From contig CM022665.1 in NCBI GenBank assembly GCA_012295275.1, positions 4,340,001-4,404,000 of the forward strand: a DNA stretch of 64,000 nt, written 5' to 3'. The position numbers and the translations under genes are program-made. The notes beneath the pieces were generated by a model. The model had not been told where the DNA came from and made no database searches. It was given only the letters and a program-made list of their open reading frames with translations. Positions 42,092-57,454 of the stretch are shown here, piece by piece. The stretch's first letter is position 1. Each line of letters starts with the position of its first letter. The DNA is from Chrysomallon squamiferum (taxonomy: Eukaryota > Animalia > Mollusca).

Positions 42092-42840
42092 TTGATTTTT
42101 GTGAATAAAAAAACATTTTTAGACGGAGAACTTTTTTTTTTTTAAATTATTGACAGACATTCTCTACACTAAGTACATGGGTTATTTCGATATTTGTCAT
42201 AATTGCATACTTTATGCGATAAGTGACATCCATACCAATGTATACAATAATAATCGGTTTCCACATAATCTGGAACAGTTCATTATAAACGACTGAGGTA
42301 ACAACGTGCATGTCAATAAAACTGCTGAACCATATTTATTGTTGTTTTAGCAGTTCGACCAAGTGGGAATTCGACCCAAAGGGAGTAAGCCCGTCCATAG
42401 TGCATGCATTGGCAGTAGGAATTTGTATCATGGAACTGATTCGTTCTTTTCCCCCAGTTTGTGGATGTCCATGTCTTAGCAAGCAATGTTTCAGTGAGTG
42501 ATTTCGTTTGTAAAACTCAGGGCAATAATGTATGGCAAAAACAATATCTCGCTTAATTTTTAAATATCATTAATACAATATGACAACAAAATAAAAAAAA
42601 TAAAATAAAATAAAAAAAATAAATTAAAAAAAATTAATACCATTATCTAACATCGAATAAAGTTTTTACTGGAAAAATCACAAGATTCACAACAAACAAA
42701 CAAACAAACAAACAAACAAACAAACAAATCCGAAAAACCCAACCCAAAACATCAGCTATTAACTTTGGATGAGTTGTAACACATGAACTACAATTAGCAA
42801 GAGTTAGTATTGTATGACAATCATTTCAAGATGAAAGGTG

Positions 42841-42871
<31 letters not shown>

Positions 42872-43550
42872 CATTCTTAGTGATAAAATACTCCGTGTTC
42901 ATTTTTACTACAGTGATTCTTCAACATTTCGTTTTAAACAAACAAAAAAATAAAAAAATAAAAAATAAATAAATAAATGTGGTCTCAAAGCCAAATATTG
43001 ACTGTAAACTAAACCTGTTAAGCAGCATTCCTGTTTAATAAAGTTTGTGATCACTCACGCTTTGTAATGCTTGAATTTTATTACTAAGTGGATTAGCACA
43101 TGCTTTTGTGTGGAAAATTCGATGTTTGGTATAAAAATCGACCGCAGCTACTTTGTTTAGACGACAGAGTCCACTTTTACAAGAGAGACACTTTTCTGAC
43201 TGTCTAAAGCCGTTGAAAATAAAAAGCAAATATAAAATGGACAAATAATGAAAAAGGGTAAACAGAAATTACTAAAGATAGCTTTGCACAGACGGAAATA
43301 TTCGAACAGTTCTTAGATATTGTTATTACCACAACCAAAAAAAAAAAAAAAAGGAACAAAAATTACACAAAAACATTTCGTTTTAATTTGATTGTATAAC
43401 TGATCCGTATTGATAACGTATGACGTAGTTTATTTATTTTTTTATTATTATGTTTTTTTCACTTTTCATTATTTCTATTTGTGTGTGTGTGTGAAATTAA
43501 TACAAAAAACAGGACAGCACCATAATCAACGTCAGCAACGATAACAACAA

Positions 43551-43592
<42 letters not shown>

Positions 43593-45358
43593 ACCGTAAA
43601 AAGATATCCACAGTGTGTTGTGGAAAAAATATAAAAGACAGAAATCTTACGCAACATTCATGTGGCAAATTCTTTTAAGAACCTAGACAAGGTATTGTTC
43701 CGCTCAATGTCATCTTCAGAAGACGATTAATGTAGCGTGTTTTCTGCTTATCTCAGCTTACGGCCCGCGTAGGCGACAGACTCAGAGGAGATGACAGAAT
43801 ATAATCGGTGAAACCTGCCGTACATTTAAGTGACAGAAATAGTTCACCGCGTAGGAAAAAAAAAAAAACGAAAAGAAAACAACACGTAGCGCCCTCAACA
43901 GCATTATGAAAATCAAGTTTAGAATTTTTTATATTTTGTTTATCAATTTAAAAAAAAAGTTAAAAATAAGCTTTGGATTTTTATATTTTATTTATCAAAT
44001 GAAAAAATAGGCTTTTAAGATCCGACTTCAAGGTTATTTTCGATTTTCATTATTTTGTTTCGCAAGTTAAAAAAAAAAAAAAAAAAAAAATAAAAATGCT
44101 TTTAAACTCGGACTTAGATACTGTTTAGAAATTGTTTGAAGTATGATATTTTGTTTATCAGATTAAAAAGAAGAAGAAATATTTTTATCTTCTGTCAATT
44201 TAATTTTCGATGAAAACATTATTTATCATGCAAATGAAAAAATGTATATATTTTTTCCTTATTTATTTATTTTAGTTTATTTTTTTTTTTTTTACAAAAA
44301 TCGATACCAAACAATAATGCAATTTGCATCTTTATTTACTTTTATTTTATTTTTTTTTTTTATGACTTTTTTTTAACGATGACAACTTTTTGTCTTGTTA
44401 ATTTTCTAGTGACACACTGCTGTCAATGTTTCGACATGTTATTATTAATTCTATATACAGGCTGACATCACCTGTCATAGCTGTCATGCATTTTTTTCAT
44501 CGTTCTTACAGTTGGAACAGTTGACAACACTAATCAATACCATGTTAGAAAAAAAAAACACAGCGTCAGGAATTTATTACGTTTAAACAAACAGATTTAT
44601 GAACAGCCAAGAAAAGAATTCACCAGCAGTCGTATCGGGCTAGAAAACAAAGAGTGGAACGATCGCACTGAATTTGGAACAACGAGATAAAATGTAAAAT
44701 CAAACATTACGAATATTCAAAATGGTTCAATTCATCAAGCTGCCAGTGTTTCGAGCACTTTTACAAGTCAGAATCCTTTCTTTTTGTGTACACAGGACTT
44801 CTGTCAAGGGAAAGAGAGGCAAAGAGATGAATACTATGAATATTTGTTAAAAAGAAACGAGCGTGTTCTTGAGGTAATTTCAGCTCGAGAACCACAGTTT
44901 TTTTTTTGTCTCACGAGATCGTAAGCAAACTCTGCCAAGTCAGGGGGAAAACACAGCTCTTCAGATTTTGTCTTTTAATATTACTCTGATTATTGGAAAG
45001 AACTAAAAATGCCAAAGTACACTGACATTTATCCATGCTCGTCAAAGAAACAGAAAGGATCTATAAGTATGTCGGTCTGTCTGTCCTGGGGTATGTGTGT
45101 ATATGTACGCCAGTATCAGTGCCAACTATTCACAAAAATGATTTAATGCAATGACCTAAGAGAAATGCAGTCTGTGAAATATTCAAAGTGTAATTTATAA
45201 AATGTCCCAGTAGAATCGGGTAATTACATTTTTTTTAAATCTAATTGAAAATGTACAGACAGGCTCACCGATCTGTACTTATTTTTAAACTTTGAAATTC
45301 ATGCAGTTTAATAAAGACTTAATAATTTAATCAGTTAGTACAAACTCTGGTGTGTCTG

Positions 45359-45389
<31 letters not shown>

Positions 45390-47011
45390 ATATGTGTGTG
45401 TATGTATGTATGTATATATGCATATATGCATATTTATTCTTTTTTTTAAAAATAAAACATAGTGGGGATATATGTACGGATGTTTGTGTGTGTATGGGAA
45501 TCTATCTATGTATGTATGTATGTGTGTGTATGTATGTATGTATGTGTGTGTATGTCTGTGTGTTTGTATGTGTGTGTATGCGTATTTATGAATGAATGTA
45601 TTTAGGAATGAATATTCTGTTATCTTATGTACGTCTGATTAGATTCAGAACATGTTCAACATTCGGTACACGAGGACAAAACCCAGCCATGACCTCAGAA
45701 ACGTTTACATGCCGCTAACGAGATTCGAATGTATGTACGTACGTATGTACGTAGGTAGGTATTTGTGTACTTATATACATACACAGACAGAGATATAAAA
45801 AGATGTAACATTTAAAGACACGTTTGATGAATACTGAAAGGTAATATTAATCAGTGTTTCAGCGTTTTTCGGTCGTGCGTTGTCATAAAATAAGATAATA
45901 TTCGCAAATGTCTGGAATGACATCAACAGTGAGGGGCGTGTTTGTTATCAAAGTCTGCCTTTGAATTACCTTAACTGTCTCGACCTTTAGAACAACAGAC
46001 ACAACCACACCTTTTTATAAATCATCAATGTAGCGGGGTATTCAGAAAAATAAAGATGAAAGAAGTTCACATTATCTTAAGAGAATAAGCTAATGAAGCA
46101 GTTCTATGTTTTTAACTGTGTTTTTTTGGTTTGATCCTGTCTTTGTGGAGTTCTTGGTATCTAGTTTACGAAATACCACAGTTACAGATACATATTTTTC
46201 TAAAAATACTTGTTAATTGCAATAAATTAAGTATTAACTTTAATTTAGAAGGGAAATTACGAAATCATTAAAAATTCAAATTGCCAATACTACTACTATT
46301 ACTACTAATAAAAATTATTATTATTATTAATAAACAAAACAAAAGCATAAAAGTAACAAATGAAAAATCCACAAATTAAAGAAAACAAATAATTTCGTTA
46401 TTATTCCTTTAAAAATCGTGCGAAAAGGAAACAGTAGAACACATCGTTATTTTGATCATCATCATCATAATCGTTGTTGATCTCATTATTATTATTATTG
46501 TTGTTGTTGCTATTATTATTATTAATACGCCAGAAAGAATTTAATGAATTTTCCGTAAGAGCAAATGCTCTGTCGTTGTTTCGAAATTGAAATCAATTTT
46601 TTTTTTTTTTCAGTGTTAGAAAAATATGCTACAACGACAGAACTGCATAATGAAGACAGCAAATGTTTGCTAAATTAGACGTGTTCTGTCCTGTCATGGA
46701 ATGAAAATGTCAAAGTGATGCAGATTACTTCTCGGATCAAAGAATAAAGTAATCAACGAAATCGAAAACTCACGGCTGGATAGTTTCACAGACGTTTGAA
46801 GAATCGAACCGGAGCACTTTCAGAGAAATACAGAATCGAAAGATCCATACCTGTTCAGATAACTACGTTACACCTTGATTAATGAAAATAAAACAGCATG
46901 TTTATAACTGTATGTGCAAGAGAATAAACATGTTAACAACAGTTTAAATCACTCTCTCTAGTTGTTTCTGTGTTTCTCTCTATCCGTCTTTCATTCTTTC
47001 CTTTTATCAAA

Positions 47012-47151
<140 letters not shown>

Positions 47152-47229
47152 AGTTTCCTCCAGTATTCTTGTGGCTAATGTAGATATGGTTAAGGACCAC
47201 ACGGGCAGACAGACACACACACACACAAA

Positions 47230-47440
47230 ACACACAAATAAAAATAAATAAATCCCCTAGCACCACACACTTGGAAATACTTTCTCGTTTGTGAGCGATG
47301 AACGTTTTAAATTTATCTTCAGGCAGGGAAACACGTACCACAGACCTTTATAAACCTGAACTTCTACAGTGGTTGGAACGAAACGACCAGTCACGATTGG
47401 AAAACGGATCCTGAGACGATTAATGCTCAACCATTGTGAT
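47230..47440 (-). mobile_element. Decayed SINE copy
   Basis: The + strand reads caggcagggaaacacgtaccacagacctttataaacc...cagtggttggaacga...cggatcctgagac. Its reverse complement aligns with the 23140 copy and the recalled family consensus. Confidence 0.55.
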
Positions 47441-49794
47441 TTTACATGTTTATCTTTCACCAAGTCTGTCTTTTCTCTTCAGGTCTGTTGCACGTTTTCT
47501 CTTCGCCTGACTGATTTTATATGTATATATTTTGGGAAGTTAAATGTGCATGTATTAGATTTTCTTTTGTAATGTACCAAACGCAAACAGGCAATGAGTA
47601 ATCCTTTACGGATCTCCAATAACAGTTTAAATGACGCGTGAAAAAAAATCTTTAAACATACTAGCACTGGCACTTTAAGTAAACCTTTTAATGGATGGAT
47701 TTCCATCAAATCTGATACAATAATTAAGAATACGATTTAAAATAAAAACCATGCTGTATTTTAACTGGACATCTCTAGCAATAAAATTATATGGAAACGC
47801 AATCATTGCCGCCTAAATGGCTTTCTGGCATAAATCTTGATTAACCTTGGTTACGGTTCCCTAGTTACGTCACGTTTGATTATTTACGATTAGAAAAAAA
47901 TAAAAAATACTTTAATGTGTATGTTACAAGCTTTATAGATGGTTGTTCACATCTCCCATCAAAGCGAATAATAAAAGTGAATAGAAAAAACATTTGACAA
48001 TAAAATGTGATTACTGTTTTACTCTAATTTCTGTTCTTCCCTATTTCTCTGCCACCGTCTCTCTGTCTAACTGTGTATATGCGTGTATCTAGTCTACCAG
48101 TCTACCCATCTATAATCTTTCAAACACTGGCTTCCGATGAAATACAAAGAAAGTAAGTATTATTTCAGTAAAATAAAAAATATTAAAAACATTAATAATA
48201 ATATGACAATAATCCAGTATTTACTGATCTAAGGGGGCAAACTCTGGTTTGTCTTTATTCTCTCTTTTTTTTTTTTTCCTTCAAATAATTATTTAACTTC
48301 GTTAAAAGTATGTATCATAAATAATGAGCGAATGAACAACAGTTCTTGTCGAGTATAACGTTCAAAAAACAAAACATAAAAATTACGACAAAATCGTAAC
48401 TGTGGGTCACATTTCTGTTACGACAGACTTGAGTTTTTTTAAACTGTGCACTGCCATTCGTTCACTGACCCCCTGTCACTGGAAGGCTAAACTTACATCT
48501 GTAAATAGAATCATATCAAGACAGACAACATCTGAACATGATTTTGTCTCGCACCGTATCCGTAGCACAGGAAAAAAGGTAATATAAAAGTATCCAGCCA
48601 TTTTTACTGGCGGTCTGCTTCTTATTGGGAGTTTCGGAAGTGGAAGGAGTGATCGCCGCTGAGAAGCTCTTTCTCGCTGAAATTCAATTTCCGGGAGAGA
48701 GAGGTGCGCTAATTTCTCATCCAGCGCTTCAGACAGTGTGACAGTTTGTTTCCAATACACCTATTCTAACAGCAAGTACATATAATTATAAGCTTTAGTA
48801 TAATACTGACTGTGATGAAAATATCTGTCTTATAATTTGTATGTAACTCTCTGTCTGTCTATGTAGGTATATGACGAGCTATCTGGCTTGCAAACTGAAC
48901 GATATTGTTGTTTGTGGCGCCTGTTATTGCTTGTGGTGTCGAGGAGCAAACACACGCAGTTGATGCTTTTTGATTATTATTTCTTTTTCTAATTCTTCAA
49001 TAATGGGGGGAAAAAATAGTAAGGCAACAACAACAACAACAACAGCAATACAAACAACACCAGTAAATGTTATAAACCTATCACTTACAAGCGATTTTTC
49101 ATATCAAAAGAGTGATAAAGTATTTCTTTTTACGTATAAAGCTTTGTTAAAAGTATATAGTACTACAATGAACTGCCGACACGTAAATTGTTTATTGCTT
49201 TGATTTCTACAGATGAAAATAAGATGTAGTAACTCTACCTGTTTGTTCCAGAATTCTTCAAACAAGACCCAGTGATCATTAATGCCGAAGTTTCTCGATC
49301 TCCCACTTAAGTAAATAGAGTGATGTCCCTTTAACCAGAATCGTTTGTTCGAACATTTATTTATTTATTTATTTATGTGTTAGATAGTTAGTATCTTTGC
49401 TTGTTTATCCTTCTTTCTTTCTTTATTATTATTAATTATTTATTTAAAATTATTTTGGCTGTAGAAAATGCTTATCACTCAATACCTCGCTTTTATGAGG
49501 TCAGAGAGTTTTGAAGCAGTGCGTCTGAAATGAAGCAGAATTACCGAGAACGTTCCTATATTTTAATATTTTAAAGTCATTAACTTCCACTGTGAATATA
49601 ATTAACAAGTTACACGACTGAAATAAAAAGGGTTAAGCGTGTAATTAGGGAAGGGAACTGTTATTCTAGACCGATGTTTCGAGTAATACTGAGTAATAAG
49701 ACATTTATTTATTTGTCAAAGAAATCTTTACTTTAATTTAGACTTCATTTTGTCCTGAAGATAATAACTTAAGTAGAAGAAATTTGTTGTATAA

Positions 49795-49920
49795 TGTTAG
49801 AAGACTTGTTTGTGATTTTTTGTGTTACAAGACTTGCTTGTGATATTTTATGTTACAAGACTTGAATGTGATATTTTGTGTTACAAGACTTGTTTATGAT
49901 AGTTTGGGTTACAAGACGTT
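49795..49920 (+). repeat. 28-bp tandem repeat, ~4.5 copies, just before an (AG)n tract
   Basis: tgttacaagacttg...tgtgatattttg units start at 49795, 49823, 49851, 49879 and 49907. Confidence 0.88.
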
Positions 49921-49928
49921 TATATTTT

Positions 49929-50113
<185 letters not shown>

Positions 50114-51305
50114 AAAACTATAGATAAGAATAGCAGAGTTTGAAGTTTGTAAGTGTGTGGCTTTTTGCGTTGCAGTTAAAGGCGTTTTTTTCTTTTTCTG
50201 TTCTGTTTTGTTGATTGTCTCTCTCTTGAAATGTTTGTGATATTTTGCAAATAAATAAATAATTCACAGACACGGTCAAACAGGTAATATTCAGAAGCAC
50301 AAATAAAATTTCAGTTTTAATCATTAGTCTTCAGAATTTTAACTAAATCTAAACACAACAGACGCAAGTTAAAGATGGTTCGAAAAATGTTTATTCTTAT
50401 TAATGAAGATTAGTAATAATAAAATATATGCAATATTTTACATCATGAAGAATTAGTCAAATGTCAGTGGTCTTTTCAGCCAACAGTTATGTAAATACAA
50501 AATAACACATTTAACACACAGTAGAATAAATTTAAATATTTTATTGTAACAAATAAAATAATTCAAGTATGAAACAGTCAAATTAATTAATGTGAACCGA
50601 AATATATATGTCCGCACACATACGCATGTATACAGTGATACTTCATTATACACGTGTGTATACACACGCGCATACACGCCCACACACACATTCATAGTAC
50701 AATGAAGTATCGTTAAAAAAGTGAAAACAATATTATGTGATAAAATCTGTATTATTAAAAACAATATACTTACAATACACATAGTGTATGATTATGTGTG
50801 ACACACACACACTTGTATGTAAGGATTATTTAACAACACCCTTGTCACTGAGTAACTGTAACTGGTTATACTGAACTGAAAAAGAAAACGAACTAAGAAA
50901 AAACGTTCTATCTAAAACATTAACAGAATAAAACTGTACTGATCTACATAAACACGCAGATACATAAAAAGTCAAAAATATGCATGTAGGCATATGGATT
51001 TATGTCATTAAAAAAAAAAAAATAAAAAAAAAAACAATATCCTTTATAAACGAAATTCTGTTCTAGACAATATTAAAAAATAAAAAGAAACAGTGAAGAG
51101 TTTAATGCTGGCAAAAAATTCATGTTTTCCTTAAACATATATCAATACAGATTGCAAAAATACATCCCCCAACTCGCAAAACTTGATATAAAATTGATTA
51201 TCTCTTTTCCTGGCTTACAGAAAATATGGAACATTTTATTTTTTTATTTGTTTTTTTAAGTATGGAAACAAAACAACTAAATAAAATAAAATAAAATAAA
51301 ATAAA

Positions 51306-51336
<31 letters not shown>

Positions 51337-54300
51337 TATTTGAATAAATAAATAATAATAACAAAACCTTCATATATCAGGGTTTACGACAATATTTTTA
51401 CAAGATGAAACAGCGCCGTACATTTTAGTATGGATTTCAAAAAGGCTTTCATTATGGAATTAAAGACATAATACCAAATACCAAAACACATATTCTGTAC
51501 ATGAAATATGAAAATATAATATGGAGAAAAAAAAAATGGCTATTTACATGTGATTCCCTAAAATGAAAAATACCTTATGACAAATCGTAAAAATACAAAA
51601 TTTCGAAAGGTAGATAATATATATATATATATATTTTTTAATATTCATAGCTTTCAGTGTTGCATACACGTCATAATCAAAGGATTGAATAAGTATATGA
51701 AAATGAAATAAAATAATACAGGTGAAAAAAAAAAGCTGCTTAACACATATTTCAAAAAATTCATGTATATAAACAGGTGATAAATGTGTAGGCAAGGAAA
51801 TTGAAATATTATCATAGATTTCTTAAGGGAAAATTGTTAATTTTCGTATAATGAAAAATATTACCATATATATATACGGCGAAATATTTCAGAGTGAAAA
51901 TAATATAAATTAATATAAGAGAGATATCCATTTAGTTTTGCAAACTTTTAATACTGATACAAAACACGATCCTCAGAAAACGAAATGGTCAAAATATATT
52001 ATTAATCAGCAATCTATATAAAGTAATTTAAAAACAATATATTTTTGTTTTAATATAAACCAATTGTTTTATTACCTTGTTCCAGTACTATAAGATCAAA
52101 AGATGTAATGGAGAATTATGAATTAGACGTTAAGAATAATGATTTAACCGGAATTTCTAAAAGCACCAATGAAATAAATCTTTAAAAATAAGGTGCTCAG
52201 AACGGACAAAACGCTTACAAAATATTATTTGAACAACTCGGAAATGAAGTTTAGAACTGCATGATAAATTTCCTGAACCGGTTTAATTACAACTTTTGAG
52301 TCAAACTGTTGATTCTTCTCATCAGTGTATCATTCTGAAATACAATCTAGAATTCAAGGACAAACATTTATAAATTTCAGAACTGTCTGAAACCAGCATT
52401 TTGCACTGGGTTAATTATGTATTTTTTCACAGAGATGACCCAGTTTGAAACCGTAATCTAGAATGCCATGACAAATTTACGAATTTAATTCAATGCTTTT
52501 TTTTTTTAATAACTAATATCTGTAAGAGAATTAGACAGAGTAAAATCTTTGAAAGGGTGTCCAGACCTGCCTGGCAAAATTACGAACGTCTGTGTAAAAA
52601 AACATAGTTAAAAAAAGTGATTCGGTTTTGCTTTGATTTAACGATTTTGTTCAGTTGTTTAGATACATATAAGTGACAGTTTAAAAGAAAAAAGAAAAAA
52701 AAAGCACATTAAAACTAATGTATCATTTAATAAGATAACTTGATTTCTGATACATGATTGTTTTTTATGTCAAAATTAACGACATTATATTAATAACAAT
52801 AGTAAGATTTCAGTAATTCAGCAGAATGATCACATTCCGCTAAACATTATACATGGTAATACGACACTTAACTGCCAAATTCAGTACGTTTCTAATGCTA
52901 GAATGAATATTAAACACGGTGAATGTTTGAAATGTAAACTACTTCGTTGATTTATGTTTGATGAACCGACTCGTATAGACAGAGCTTGTTCGATAAAAGT
53001 CCAGAAAAGGCACAATCAAATTACGGTAAACTGAACGTAAATCGTCACACATCCAAGCGTTTAAACAGAGTTCGCTTTGAAATGAACCGTTTTACATGCA
53101 GCATTGGATATGTATGTAGTCAGTCTAGAAACAATTACAACCTATCCCTATTTTGAAGACAGACATGTCTATACGATAAATTCTTTGTTTGTTAAACATT
53201 TAATTGTCCATAACATATTCAAATATACATTTCCAAATGTTTCACTAAATCTGTTTTCGTCATTGCGTTGTTTGAAAGTAAAAAAATATAAATAAAACAT
53301 TAAAAAAAAGTACACAAAAGTAGATTTTGTCTAAATTATACCTATGTTTTAAATTCAGGCCTGTTTTAAAATTATTATTTTTTCACGTTAACATAAAATA
53401 TAAAACCTCGAAACAGTTAAAGGAAAGTTTAAAAACATAAGCGGTACGGCGAATTATATTATAAGATATCATTTGTAAACCACCCAACATAATGCTGCTA
53501 GACTCTTCATTTTAACAGCCGTACAAAAGACAAATATAGTTATATTTACATTATGTGCAAATTTTACAGGTGCATAGATAATAAAATTGCAATATCTATA
53601 TGCATCAAGCAGTACCAACTTGATATAGGCAATTGAATCATTATGTGAAAACGTAAATTTAAATAGATATTTTTTTTCTCTCGCCTTCAAACAGGTAGTT
53701 AAAATGTTTTATATCAGTAAAAATTATAATATCTACATAAATCAGAATACTTTACAGTCTTGTACACTGTAGAACAGGTAGTAATAATAACATCAAAAGT
53801 CGGCCAAACGGTAGATTACCTAAGGGACACAACTCCTGCATGACATATTTTTATATCTTTCAGGTGCGATAAGACCATTCTGTTGTTTCTTGGGAGAAAG
53901 AAAAATATTCCTAATTGTTGCGCCACATGCGAGCTGTCAAAGAAAACCTGCTGTTTATTCCGACTAATGTCGCTACGTATTCTTGCAGCAAGATTCAATC
54001 GGTACACTTTATCGCATAGTGAGTTCGCACCTTTAAGTAAACTGACAAAATTAAAGTGATATAATAAGGGAGGTTTTCTTTTGCATTAGTTTTGGAGCAA
54101 CGGACTTAGATGTGTGGTTAGAGGGGGGTAATTTCATCATCATCATCATCATCATTATTATTATTATTATTAGTAGTAGTAGTAGTATAAGCCAGTAAAA
54201 GTTATATTTTTAAAAGAAAACAGAAATCACGTTTGCTAGAAGTAAATGATACCCCTGTCTAACCACAATCTTGGATCTGCTCCTTAACAGTGTAATGGAA

Positions 54301-54497
54301 TGTAATGATATATATTAACAGATATTTACATCAAACACAAAAGTACACATTGTTCAATACTGAAAATAATACCTCTGTGTGAGTACATTTTCATAAACAG
54401 ATAAATAAGTAAGTAAGATAGTTTAAAAGACTAAATAAAGCGTCCACAACAGTATCACTTAGTTTAGAGTTAAACTGTAAAAGAAAACAATATGAAG

Positions 54498-54639
54498 GAA
54501 TAATAATAATCATAATAATAATAATAATAATAATAATAACGACAATAATAATAATAATAATAATGACACTAATAATAATAATAATAATAACGACAATAAT
54601 AATAATAATAATGACACTAATAATAATAATAATAATGAC

Positions 54640-54672
<33 letters not shown>

Positions 54673-54675
54673 GAC

Positions 54676-54710
<35 letters not shown>
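54498..54710. repeat. (AAT)n array with recurring AACGAC and GACACT interruptions
   Basis: Direct reading. Confidence 0.93.
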
Positions 54711-54860
54711 GTTACTGTTAATAAAAAAAATAATAAAAGTAATAATAATAATAAAAGTACAAAAACATTTATACAATCTTTAAATAATAATGTTAATTAT
54801 CTGTTGAAATTAAGATTATTGTTGTTGTTGTTGTTATTATTATTGTTATTGTTATTGTTC

Positions 54861-54895
<35 letters not shown>

Positions 54896-56103
54896 TTCAC
54901 AAAGCTCGGCTTTCGTGGGCCCTTTTATCACAGATTCTAAAACCAGTTTGATGCATAGTTCTGTCTCCCAGCTCTAGCAGTACAGTTCTAATTCGATTCA
55001 TATTTAATGACATATATTTAATATGTTTTTTTTTTTCTTGTTTTTTTTTCTTTTTAAATGGACTAATTACTAGTGACATAAACATTACAACTGATACTGA
55101 AATCCTTTCTGTTATCACTTGCCAAAAGATACCTGAAACGTTCGATATGGATTTTGATTACTCCTTGAAGTGCATATTTAAATAAATATATAATAATATT
55201 TAAAAATATTAATAAAACAACTAACATATATTTACAGATATACAAACATGTGATATGGATGTAGCTGTCACGACTCAAAAACGCATGCACGCATGCACGC
55301 ATTGACAAAGTACCCACAAGAACGTTATCTCTGCAAACTGCGAAATTCTTAGAATTACTGATTTCTGTGAACAATGAACTTTAAAATGAATATTTGAATA
55401 CGTACGAAGAAAGCTATTGCATCGTGTCATGAGATCAGTTTTATGTACTTCTTCAATGGTTTATCAGTCGAGATTCACTAAATAATAATAAATATATTCT
55501 GAATCTTTTAAAATTAAATTACAGAAGTTAGTATAGGTATTTATAATGGTAGAAATTTTCTTTGTAAAAAATACAAATATTAATTTTGTTTAGGAAAATA
55601 CAATGAAATTAAAAATGATTCCTAATTCGTAGAATGTTTCTATTTTGAAAACAAAACAAAAAATGTATCTTCTTTTGTACAGAAAATCGTGACGATACTG
55701 GATACTGTTAAAAGCTTAAGGTATATTTCTCAAATGCAAATATTGTTAAGTTGCTACAAGAATATCCCTGTCTCGTTAAAATACAAATATTTTCTTTAGG
55801 CATTTACGGCGGTTTAAAAAAAAAGTAAAAAAGATGTGGTAGCTTTCAGAAGTCCTATTACCTTTAAATACAGAGATATTCACACCTTCACGATGTATGA
55901 CGATAAATAAATAAATCAGTTTTAAAAAACATGTTCATCAGAGGTTTTCTTATATCTCTGTTTTCTTCTTATACATGAACGTCGATTTCAAAACTGTTTG
56001 GCTAATGTCCAGAAGTCTTTTTTCTTTCTTTCTTTCTTTCTTTCTTTTTTCCCCGTTAAAATACAAAATCCGTATGATATGTGACTATAATAAAACGTCA
56101 TCG

Positions 56104-56261
56104 CTAGCTTTTTGAATGTTCTTGTTTTCTCTCTTTCGCGCTTATGTAAGCTTTGGCGATTCCCCAGTTGTGTTTGCGTTCAAGTAGAAGTGACACCAGA
56201 CACACCAGAACGAACAGTCCAATTCCAATGCCAATACCCATTGCCATGCGTGCTGCGTAAC
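56104..56261 (-). CDS. CUB-LDLa-TM protein, terminal coding exon (transmembrane helix plus short tail)
   Basis: ttttcctcag|GTTACGCA...; phase 1. Translates SYAARMAMGIGIGIGLFVLVCLVSLLL-ERKHNWGIAKAYISAKERKQEHSKS*, with TAG at 56106-56104. A ~22-aa hydrophobic run is followed by basic residues. Confidence 0.88.
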
Positions 56262-57454
56262 CTGAGGAAAACAAACAAAATTATACAAACAATACTAAAT
56301 AAAATATACGCATACATTTCTTAAATAAATGGACACAGACACAGGTGTATACAGATAAATAAAATAGGTAGACAGACGTAAATAGCATAAAGATATCAGG
56401 TACAGATAGATGGACTGTGGAACAAGAGACGGAAAATGAGGTAAACAGATAGTTAATTAGATAGGCAGATACAGATACAGATACACAGAAAGAAACATTT
56501 GCAAATATGAAACAAATATTTTACAACAATTTTGATAAAACTCAAATTGAAAAAGGAACCCCCGTTTTTTTTTTTTTTTTTTTTTTTCCATCTAGTCATA
56601 ATCGGGGCAATAAGTGTAAAGAAAAATGTAAAATAATAATTCTAAACCTTTCCCAAGACTGCAGTTCTCTTCTGTAAAGATTATTAATTAAATTGTCAAC
56701 CTAACAACGACAGTGACATTTCATCGAAAAGGTTCTCATAACCGAATTTTCCCGTTTTCACAAGGGAAACCTTTTTCGTCAGAAGTCACATTAGGGCCGT
56801 CAAACGATCACTGCAATTAATTAGCTAGAGTAGTTATCAGGTGATAAATCAAGTGTCTTTACCCTAGGGAAGAAACTATTTTATCTTAATTTTTTTTTTT
56901 TTCATTTGGCCTATCCATCTTTACAAGTGATGTTATTAAACTCTCTGAATTTTACCGGAGTTTTTAAGGGTTTTATTTGTTTGTTTATTTGTTTGTTTTC
57001 CTTTTAAATGTTTTTACAATTTCTGACACATATGACTAGATTTAACTAACACTGTTCCAACTGCAAAAAAGCTGCAATAACTGTAATTTAATCCTACATA
57101 ATAGCAGACTATATTAGTGAACGTATTATATGAAGTAAGTCTACAACAAGCTTATTTTTCAGTTCGATTAAATTATTCTATCCGAACAACGAATTACTAT
57201 TTCACTGCATAGCTGGAAAACATTATATATATATAATTTATTAATGAATATATTACAGTATATCGAAATAACAGCACAGTATAATACATATCTCACGATA
57301 CAAAAGCATATCATTATTTCGAAATTTATAAAACACTTATTAATACATACACATAGAGATGCCACCATGTGGAAGTAACGTAGCATTAACACAGATCTGA
57401 TGTGACAATGCATATACTTATTTATGCATTGTGAAAATGCTTATGAATACGTAC

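Larger units (their letters stand above)
41323..42391 (+). mobile_element. Internally deleted Mutator-like (MULE) DNA transposon
   Basis: 9-bp flanking duplication CGTCCATAA (41314-41322) / CGTCCATAG (42392-42400), with GG...CC termini. Imperfect TIRs: left ggtgtcgtcccacaggttgaaatccctgttggtcgaaa versus the reverse complement of the right end, ggcttactccctttgggtcgaattcccacttggtcgaac. A transposase C-terminal relic lies inside. Confidence 0.85.
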
